A stretch of DNA of 64,000 bases from Eledone cirrhosa. Its lineage: Eukaryota. Positions 54,051-64,000 of this stretch are shown here, piece after piece (position 1 is the stretch's first letter; every line of letters starts with the position of its first letter). The notes under the pieces are model-generated. The model was given only the letters and a program-made list of their open reading frames with translations. It did not search any database and had not been told where the DNA came from. Made by a program: the position numbers and the translations under genes. The DNA lies in NCBI GenBank assembly GCA_964016885.1, contig OZ024760.1:19406001-19470000 (forward strand), written 5' to 3'.

Positions 54051-55863
54051 TGTTATATTGTGCGATGCTTGGCACTTAAATGTTTTATTTATTAACTAAA
54101 TAAAGTGTAAAACCAGGTTTATTTGCACTCGTTTATTTCTACAATAATAAACAGCGACGACCTTTTAACATCCTTCTGTTAGTACTATTAATCCTTTATT
54201 AGTTTAGAAAATATTTTCTACTGAAAGAATGACCAGTTAACATAACATTCTTTACAAAAGATCAAACCATATAAACCAGGTATTTCTATATTTATTTCAA
54301 CAATAATAAAAGTTGTTACAAAACTTTTCTTTTCTTCTCGTAAATACTTGTTTTAAATTGAAATCTCAAGGGAAAATATTATTGTTTTATTATCAGGTAC
54401 ATTTATTTTTTACCTTGTTAGCCAAAGCAGCTCTGGTTCTGTCAGAGAGAAAACCCACCTGTTTGAACGTGTACCTGCCTGTTGAAATGGGGTACTTGCC
54501 TGTTGAAATTTTCCAGCTTAATTTTATATGAGACCTATATGTTAAGTTACTATTTTAATATAAGGCGATAAAAATTTGAGTTAATCTCTCGAAAATTAAT
54601 TTACTTAATTAAAATATAATGTATGTTATTAGAAATAAGTCAGGATATAGCACTACAGAATTAAATTGTCTTTGGGCGTAATTTTTTTAGGTGGAGCACA
54701 ATTATAAGAAAATTCGTTTCGTTCAGTTTTTAAATAATATTTTTACTGGTGAGGGGACGGATTTTTAATGAACGATGATCTTTGGGAAATTACATTTATA
54801 TTTATATTTTTAACGGATGATCAATCAATGTTAAACTGTGATTGCCAGCTAAATTATTTATGAAAATATAAAAAATGTACTGCATGGAAAATCAAACCAA
54901 ACCAAACAGTGAGTGTGTTTTACTATTTTGGGGGCAATATTAGGACATCATGACAACAACCCTCCCCCAAATATAACAATATATATATATATATAAAGCT
55001 CGTTTTGCAGTAAACATGCACAGAATGAAGAAGGAGCTTGTAGCGAATTAAAATTATATTTAAGCGAAATTTAACCCTCGGTATATTGAAATTTGGCTGC
55101 TATTTCTAACACAATATTTTTTCGTGAGTTCATAAATTCACTGTTAATTCCGCTGCAGATTTATCAGATATTGTTTATAGAGTCAAAATAGTATTTATTA
55201 GTGTCTGTTTACTTCGAAGTCACTATTAAAAATGCTCCAAGAGAGCCGTTGTCTAATCATTGGAACCAGTAAAGACTTAAAAGAATATATACAGCGAAAC
55301 GATTCAAAGAAACGTTGTTTCAATAACAGGATATAACCGTTATCTAATGCCGGTTCCTTCGAAACTAGAATCTAGGGTCGTTATCTAATGCCTGTTCCTT
55401 CGAAACTAGACTCTAGGGTGTCAGAAACTTTGGGTGAAACCCGAAAGTCTAATACTGTTATATGATTGTAATATAAATATACACCTCTATATTTTATTTT
55501 CACGGGACCCCAGACACTCTTTTGCGGAACCCACTTTGGGAACCGCTGGGCTAGAGTAAAGTTATTTGAGCCACAGGCTCAACTTGGTTGACAGTTCTTT
55601 GAATTGGATCGTTTGAACCTTGTATTGTGTGGACTAATGTTGCATTTGGTGGTGAATTGATGGCCATGCTTCTTTTTTCTTTCTCTCGATCTGGTCATAT
55701 ATTTGGGACACATAGATTTTACTTCCTTTAATCAAAATTGCAACAGAAATGACGAAAATCCACCGATTCTCCATAGAGAATGGAGGAAATAAAGAAGAAT
55801 CATGTATATATGATAAATAGAAAAGTGCTTGGAAACCTCCATTGTAGCAGCGTTCTTCTTGTC

Positions 55864-55960
55864 TGCGCATGCGCATTACTGAATTAAAGCGTCGTCTGCA
55901 AAGAAGATGAAGAACCAACATGGTGATAATGTTGCTTTTTATTATTACTTTATTATTACT
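55864..55960 (+). promoter_or_regulatory. Candidate promoter-like segment (NRF1-like TGCGCATGCGCA plus YY1-like CAACATGG); paralog at 51121-51260
   Basis: Motif match and clear similarity between the two segments. Confidence 0.35.
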
Positions 55961-56568
55961 TATATTTATATATACATATATATATAAATATATTCCACTA
56001 GGTTAATGTTTATTATTAGAAGTAGTTTTATCTATAGTACTTCGATCTGTGGGCTTCCCAGTCTTCTTTCTACAGATATTCTCTCCCTCTCTGTATATAT
56101 ATACCAGACCTGCCAACTTTCGGATGGATGAGAGATGTCTTCTCTTGTGAAAATTGGTATAGCTTTCATTGTGTAAACTCTCCCCGTTTTGGGGCACCTT
56201 TTGGTACTCCCCATTTGGTGTTTTAGAGATTGACAGGTGTATATATATATATATATATAATTGTTTCTACTTTTGGCACAAGGCCAGCAATTAACCAGTG
56301 TATAACTGGTACTTTATTTTATCGACCCCATAAGGATATATATATATATATAATATAATATAAGATCAAAAGATGGTTAAAAGAGTTCCATGTATTTTAT
56401 TATGCGCATTTCAAAAACAAATATCATCATGCGATGACATTTGCGTTTTCGTCAGATAAAATAGGGAGACATGATATGAAGGTTAAAAAACACTTGTGAA
56501 TAGTGCAGTAGAGTGCTACCTATCCGATATCTGCATTGCTTTATTGTACTACAATAAAACTCACCTCC

Positions 56569-56622
<54 letters not shown>

Positions 56623-56955
56623 GTTCAAGAGTAACCAATCTTAAAGAGAGAGATGGAGATAGGAGAGGAGAGATTGGTGAATTAGTTAGAAGCCAAAGCG
56701 TATATATATACACCTGTCAATCTCTAAAACACCAAATGGGGAGTACCAAAAAGTGCCCCAAAGCAGGGAGATTTTACATAATTGTTTCTAATTTAGGCAC
56801 AAGGCCAGCAAATACCCAGTGCATTACTGGTACTTTATTTTATCGACCCCCGTAAGGATGAAAGGCAAAGTGAACCTCGGCAATGAAAGCTATATATATA
56901 TATATATATAGTGACGAATCATAAGTCAATTGCATGAACTCATAATCCTTTATTT

Positions 56956-57011
56956 ACTGCTATATATATTTCAATGATAGCCATTGAATTGCTATGACCT
57001 CATCAGGCAGT
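56956..57011 (-). ncRNA. Type I hammerhead ribozyme (family K)
   Basis: ACUGC CUGAUGA GGUCAUAGC..GCUAUCAUU GAAAU AUAU AUA GCAGU. Confidence 0.85.
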
Positions 57012-57946
57012 TGGTCAGTTCTTAGATATGCCAGCTCTGTGTTTATAGTGTTGATGGTATCAGAGCCTTGGGACATATGAGCTTGTTAGGAATAATTTAA
57101 TGTTGTCAGCAGGAATAGTCTTAATTCTCATTGGTCAGTTTGTAGATGGTAGTAGGGTTGGTATTTGACCTCAAAGAGTCAGGTGGTGTAGTAAAGTTCA
57201 AACCATCAGGCAAGATGACAATAGTTCCATATGACTGATTCTCACAAAAAGCATTCCTAGTCAGATATATATTCAATTAAGGTTAATAGTATGAAATAGA
57301 TACTACAGGTCATTCTTAAATTGAGGAATTTATGTGGAGTGGTGCTACTGAAAATTATGGTTAGAGTAGAAAATTTACAAATAAAAAGACTTATGTCTGT
57401 TGGCTTGCAGGTACACTCACACCCACCTCCACAGACACACACACACATCCACACATCCACACATACAAATTGAGGAATTAATGTGGGGTGGTAATACTTA
57501 AAATAATGGTTAAAGCCCAATACTTAAATAGTTTAGAAAAATTTAGAAATAAAAGGTTTATGTTGGTTGACTTGTACATACTCACACCTACCCCCTCAGA
57601 CACACACACATCTACACACAAATCCATACAGGTGTCTATATATATACATGCACGCACAAGCATATATATATATATATATATATACACAAAATATATATAC
57701 ATGCATAAAATATATATATATATAAAATACATATATATACACAAAATATATACATATATAAAACATATACACACATAACATATACATATATATAAAATAC
57801 ATATATATATATATATAAAATACATATATATATATATAAAATACATACACATATATACATACATATACATAAAATACACACATATACACATATAAAATAT
57901 ATATATATATAAAATCAGGTTCAATAAAATGTGGTTTTGATGACTC

Positions 57947-58460
57947 CTAACCAGTAGAGGATCCGATGGACCATCCACCATAGGGACCACAAACTATGGG
58001 TGGTTGTTGTTGTCCATATAGCTTGAGGAAAGTTCCCGTCCTTAGGTGTCTGCAGGCACCGAATAAGTCGGCCCTTCTGTTTAATAGCTTGGTTTCGCCA
58101 TGAAGAATCTCGAGTGTCTCACTAAGACAGAGGTTGCAAATACCAGACCCGCCTCTGTCTGGGGGAACCTTTCTAACCACGGACCAGACCAGAGAGTGCG
58201 GGGTCTTTTCAAGTTTGAGCTTCCAGATCAATTCAGAAAGGGCCGTACATTTCCTCTTATCTATTCTGTTAAAGGAATGGCGATGGTTATACCACCGATC
58301 TTTGAAGCTCGTCACTGTGGATATAATGTAGTGGTGCTCCGAGTTAGGGGTTGTGACCTTGCACCTGTAGACTACGTTTTTCGTCATGCATTCATTACTA
58401 AGAGGGCACAGTGATGGGTCTCTGCAATTACATGACTTCTTAAGCCCCACCACATGTACC
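57947..58460 (-). pseudogene. Penelope-like element (Neptune-type) GIY-YIG endonuclease C-terminal remnant
   Basis: CNCR..CPL..C..NVVY..YIIST..FKDRWYNH..SF..TALSELIWKLK..W..CNLCLSE..LLNRR..CRH; YIG reads YII; no RT domain upstream; 3' end abuts TA-rich tract. Confidence 0.85.
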
Positions 58461-59576
58461 GCGTGGTTACTATCACTCGGGGTTGGCTGGGTAGCCTCCG
58501 CAATGAGCACAGGGTCGTTGGGTTCCGGTGTGCTAGTTGGGCCTGTCCGGGTTCCGGTGCGCCAGTTGGGCCTGTCCGGGTTCCGGTGCGTCCTGCGTGC
58601 TGGTTCTGTTGGGTATATACACATACATACATATATCTTCTCTTGTGAAAATGGTCACAGCTTTCATTATATAAAATCTCCCATTTTGCCTCATTTATCC
58701 CCGCTTGGGTTTTTAAAGGTTGACAGGTCTATATATAAATATACAGGGTGTCTACAAAGTCACTAGACAATTATATATATATATTTGTATAAAATTGTCT
58801 AGTGACTTTTGGAGCACCCTGATAATCTGTGATAATCTCAACTCCTTAGATGGACCTTCAACAAGATGATGACGAAGGGCTTTTTTATTATATTTCATTA
58901 TTATTACTATTATAGTTCTTTGACGTATAGAGTTACGGTCCTTGCCATTCTGAGTTCAAATTCCGCCGAGGTTAACTTTGCCTTTCATCCTTACAGGGTC
59001 GATAAAATAAAGTACCAGTAATGCACTGGGTAATTGCTGGCCTTGTGCCAAACGTAGAAACAATTATAGTTCTAACTAAAACTTCCATTGTTTGTTTAAA
59101 TATGTTTATATTATTGTTAAAATGGGTAGTTTTTGGAAGCTTCTAGAATGTAAATGGGGTTGAAAATATTGACGCCAGTCCATCACAGGGTTAAACCTCC
59201 AGCTATTGCTGGTATTCATTTCCAGCTGAGTAAACTGGAGCAACGTGAAATAAAGTGTCTTGCTCAAGGAAACAACACATCACCTGGTCCGCGAATTGAA
59301 CTCACAACCTTTCGATTGCAAGCCTAATCCTCTAACCACTAAGCCATGCGAGATATATATATATAAAAGGAATTTATATCTAGTAACATTTATATACACA
59401 CAGATGCATATCAATGCTAGCAAATATATAGGTTTTGTCTTATTAACAATGTGGTTCAATGGTATTGCAGAACAATAATATGAGAGACGTAAAATAAGAA
59501 AATTATAAAATTAACTTACTTACTAAAAAATCACTTTTTAGTAAGTAAGTTAATTTTATAATTTTCTTATTTTACG

Positions 59577-59609
<33 letters not shown>

Positions 59610-60114
59610 AACAGTTCAATGGTGGAAAGAGAAACATAGAAAAGCCATGACTAAGGTGTAAGGAGAATCTCAATGGTAACTGAAAGTAACTAAGAGTCTT
59701 TAAAAAAAAAAAAGACCACCGAAATTTGATGAATATATCTTGTTATCAATGATATCAGAAGCCTATTATTTATTTTTTAGATTGATCGATACATACTCCC
59801 ACAGCATACATGTCCCCTTTGAAATGTTATCAACAATCTTAGTTTTCTACAACACTAAATAAATTATATATATACTGTATAAATCGCAGCAATATTTGAC
59901 ATACATTTACTATGTAACATATTATTTTATATATTATCAATAATGACATTTATTGTAATACAAATTTTACTAACATGTTAATCACCTAACATGTTAATCA
60001 CACGCGCACACAAGTTTATCCCGGGTTCAATCGGGGGTAACCACAGTAAGTAAGGTACTCAATACATAGCTGATGATTTCTCCCGAATGAAACAGTTCTA
60101 GTTCTGTAGAAGCC

Positions 60115-60169
<55 letters not shown>

Positions 60170-60952
60170 TAAACCCATGCTAGCGTGGAAGATAGACGTT
60201 AAACGATGATGATGATGATGATGATATATCCTTGTTGTGATATATGAATGGCCACTGCCTTCGGATGATTATTTTTGGCGTCACATTTTTTAACTGTAGT
60301 GTTTACTCTGGACAATAATGTATTAACATTTCGCCCCATTGAGTGCTTTGTAATTGGCTCAAACAACACGAACAGTACCTGCTTTATGGCAGCTACAACT
60401 TCAGATGGACCTATACCTCCTGATGGATTCATAAGAGCGTTGCCATAGTATATGGTATTGTATGTCTTGGGGGGGGGGGGGGGGCATTTTAAACCTGGCA
60501 GAGCCCATCCTTCTCCAAGTCTGAACACAGTTGATTTCTTCCAGAGAAGGAACTAGAATGAGAAAGAAGTATAGAAGAATCGACCTCAGTATTGGACTAG
60601 TATTTTTCTTTTATTAACCTCAAAAGGATGAAAGGCAAAGTTGACTTCAATAGGATTTGAACTCAGCGTGCAGAGAGCCTGAATGAATACTGCAAAGCAT
60701 TTTATCTGATGTTCTAATGATCTACCAATTCACTGCCTTCCATATAAATATGGATGTAAAAATGAGGCTGAATAAATATATATCATTATCATCAGTTTAA
60801 CGTCTATTTTTCCATGCTTGCATGGGTTAGACAGGTCGTCCAAGTTATGATACAAGTCTGGCCAGTTGGATGTACCGTACCTTGCTCAAATATATTTTGG
60901 CTTCGACTTTTACAGCTGAGTGCCCTTCCTAACACCAAACATGTTTTCACCA

Positions 60953-61004
<52 letters not shown>

Positions 61005-61191
61005 AATAGCCAAAATAATAAAAAGTTAATGTATTTTTTCCCCTAACATATTTCTACAAGGATTAGTGGGTTTGTTTCTTGATAATTTTCTGGATTATAT
61101 TGTGATGTATTGATTCAAATCATCTTGATTGAGGAACTATATTGAGCTTAAAACTTTAGCATAACTTTCATTACCTCAACTTTTACCCTTA

Positions 61192-61228
<37 letters not shown>

Positions 61229-61433
61229 AGTATATGTTGGTTGTATACCAACACCTCAGTATGCAGATTGGAGCACTCAACGAAGTGCGCAGGTTGGTTT
61301 GGTTACTCCGGAGTAATGTAACAACAACCGGAGTAACGAAACAACAACCCAACCAGGAACTGTGTATATCAGAGTATTGACAAAGTTAAACACCTCAACA
61401 ACATGTGTACTCGTCTCTACCACACTAATTCGG

Positions 61434-61488
61434 ACTGCCTGAAGAGGTCACAACCAAAGATGGCTGTCACCGAAATATATATAGCAGT
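61434..61488 (+). ncRNA. Type I hammerhead ribozyme (family K)
   Basis: ACUGC CUGAAGA GGUCACAACCA AAGA UGGCUGUCACC GAAAU AUAU AUA GCAGU. Confidence 0.85.
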
Positions 61489-61535
61489 AATAAACGAAGC
61501 CAAATTTTAAACATTTGACTTATTTATTTTATTTT

Positions 61536-61582
<47 letters not shown>

Positions 61583-61822
61583 TCATTTTGGAAGCCTCAA
61601 CATTGCAGCTGGGTAAATCTCCGGGTAACAAAATCAGGTGGTATTGAAATGAGAGAGAGAGAGGTAGGAAGGAAGGTGCATATAAAGAGCTGTAGAGGGC
61701 ATAGAAGAACGTAAGAAAGGTGTAAAAAGACAAGAGATAGTTACCTTGGAAGCGATTTACTAGTCCCTCTATTTCGGATTTCACATCCATCAATGATATA
61801 TATATCATTATCATTTTTACAT

Positions 61823-61931
61823 CAAATCCCGCCGAGGTTAACTTAGCCTTTCATCCTTACAGGGTCGATAAAATAAGGTACCAGTAATGTACTGGGATAA
61901 TTGCTGGCCTTGTGCCAATAGTAGAAACAAT
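61823..61931 (+). mobile_element. 5'-truncated SINE family 1 (similar: 58925-59063, 51830-51934)
   Basis: TSD TTATCATTTTTACATC. Confidence 0.88.
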
Positions 61932-62503
61932 TATCATTTTTACATCCACATTTCTAGGTTGGCTTGGGTTGAGGTAGTTGGATAACATTCATGAGCTCAG
62001 CTGGTCTTGTTAGAGGGTTTAATCAGATCAGTTGGAGATGGTTGCTTCTGACAGGACCCATTGGAAGGTGTGTTTGAGGACTCTGCCCCCTTGACCCACT
62101 CAGGAATAAGTGGGAAAAGAAGAAGACATATAGGATTGGTCAACCTATGTGACTGCATCACACCAAAAACTTGCCAAAAATACAAAAATGAAAGAATTTT
62201 ACATACTATAAGATCAAAATGAAATTAATTTTATTTTCAGCCTTTCTAGATGCATGGAAAAATTATTGTTACGTTATAGTTTCGGATATAGCATTAAAGT
62301 GTTTAGTTTTGAAAGGAATAAGGATGTAGATATTCAGTTTTTCTAGAGATATAGATGTTGTCAGCCTTGTACAAGGGCACATTACACAAAGAATCTTGCA
62401 AAAAATACAAAAATGAAAGAATTATAAATACTATACCATGCAAATGTCATTAATTTTTGAAAGATTAATTTTAGTTTTTATCTTTTCACTTTTCAGAGCA
62501 ATC

Positions 62504-62576
62504 ATGGGCCGGTGGCTGGAAATTTCCTGCTTTTTCCTGTTCTTATTTTATTTTAGTTCTCAAAATACAGTTAGTG
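62504..62576 (+). CDS. First coding exon of a putative secreted/membrane protein (signal peptide MGRWLEISCFFLFLFYFSSQNTVS-G)
   Basis: Acceptor TTTTCACTTTTCAG ending 62496, ATCATGG start context, hydrophobic core, phase-1 donor G|GTAAGT. Confidence 0.62.
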
Positions 62577-63324
62577 GTAAGTAGATTATTAATTAATATC
62601 TTTTTTAACATACATCATCATCTTTTAATATCTATTTTCCCTGCTAAAAAGGGTTGGATATGTTGTCACTGACCGGCCTGTAGTCAAGCAGAGCCACTAA
62701 TCTCTAGGTTGGTCTAAGTCCTAAAATATGATTCTGCACTCTACAATGTGCATTTTATCATGGCACCAAGACTAGAGAAGTTGCCATACTCTTGGCATAG
62801 CTGAAGAGTCTCCCTGACCTATTCTTCAGCAGGTTTTCTATGGCTGGATACCCTTCCTATCACCAACCATGATGGTACACTTATTTTTCAAGCAGTTATA
62901 CGTTACATAGATCATCATGGTCTTGATCATTCATTCCATATTTGGTATGTTTCATACATCTGGTTACCCTTCTTAACACCAACCCCTTCAAATTGTACTG
63001 TATGCATTTTATTTGTAACAGCACTCCCGCTTTATCATCATGCCAGTACTACCACTTTATAGTGGGTAAATTTTATCATGGCACTAATACTTTGCAGAGT
63101 GTACTGGGTACATTTTATCATGATATCAGCACTAATGCTGTACAGAGCATACTGGGTGCATTTTATTGTGGCACTAGTTCTCTACATTACAAATGCAGTT
63201 TTAGTCTCTTTGTAATCAAAAGGTTTTAAAATATATACAAGTATTTATACTTTAGATATTTTTTCACCGTGAATTAAACAATATATTCAGAATGTTTATA
63301 TAAAATCATTTCTAATTATTTCAG

Positions 63325-63342
63325 GTGACCCGATTGATATTA
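63325..63342 (+). CDS. Putative 18-nt microexon (G-DPIDI)
   Basis: Branch-like TTCTAAT, acceptor ATTTCAG, donor A|GTAAGT; phase 1-1 and stop-free in frame with the upstream exon. Confidence 0.55.
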
Positions 63343-63601
63343 GTAAGTACAAAATATTTCTAATTTACTTCTAAGTTATTCAGCTTGTCAAAATATATCA
63401 GACAGTCTTTTGAGGTTATATTTAGACTATATTTACATTGCTTAAAGTAATTGATCTGTTTAACAGATAAAGTCTTTACATAACATACTTCATAGAGAAA
63501 CTTTAATACAATAAACTTTCTTTGAAATATCTATATTTAATTGACTTTATAACTCTGTTATTATATATATATATATGTGTGTGTGTGTCTGTGTTTGTGT
63601 G

Positions 63602-63653
<52 letters not shown>

Positions 63654-63705
63654 TATATATGTGTGTGTGTGTCTGTGTGTATATATAAATATATATCTGT
63701 GTGTG

Positions 63706-63742
<37 letters not shown>

Positions 63743-63748
63743 TATATA

Positions 63749-63784
<36 letters not shown>

Positions 63785-64000
63785 TATATATGTGTGTGTG
63801 TGTCTGTATATATATATATATGAATATATATGTGTGTGTGTCTGTATATATATATTTATATTTATATATGCCTCTTCTGGCAGGCAATATTCTTCACTAC
63901 TTGAATGTCAGAATTCTTCTATACTTCCTAATTGAATTACACTAATAAATACACTTTCTTGTCAATGTTATACCTTGTAAACATTTCATCTTAAGATTTG

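Overview
AT-rich, repeat-dominated animal genomic DNA; the SINE/LINE repertoire looks cephalopod (Octopus-like), which is an inference. Most long ORFs in the track are artefacts of (TA)n/(CA)n/(CT)n tracts. Recognisable content: about 30 copies of a tRNA-derived SINE (many with TSDs), a second SINE family, RTE and CR1-type LINE fragments (two RTE copies with 5' inversions), a Penelope/Neptune-type GIY-YIG endonuclease remnant (57947-58460), small MITEs, several minisatellites, and the probable start of a secreted-protein gene at the right end (signal-peptide exon 62504-62576 plus an 18-nt microexon 63325-63342). The main hidden signal is roughly 30 type I hammerhead ribozyme (HHR) motifs, found and folded by eye. 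They belong to at least 10 families of short (about 150-500 bp) non-coding elements, mostly embedded in (TA)n tracts and often arranged as inverted or tandem repeats, as expected for Penelope pLTR or retrozyme-like elements. They include a tandem 178-bp HHR array, families with compensatory stem changes, a recurrent non-canonical CAGAAGA core, and an HHR split by a SINE. No ribozyme activity or expression can be shown from sequence alone.
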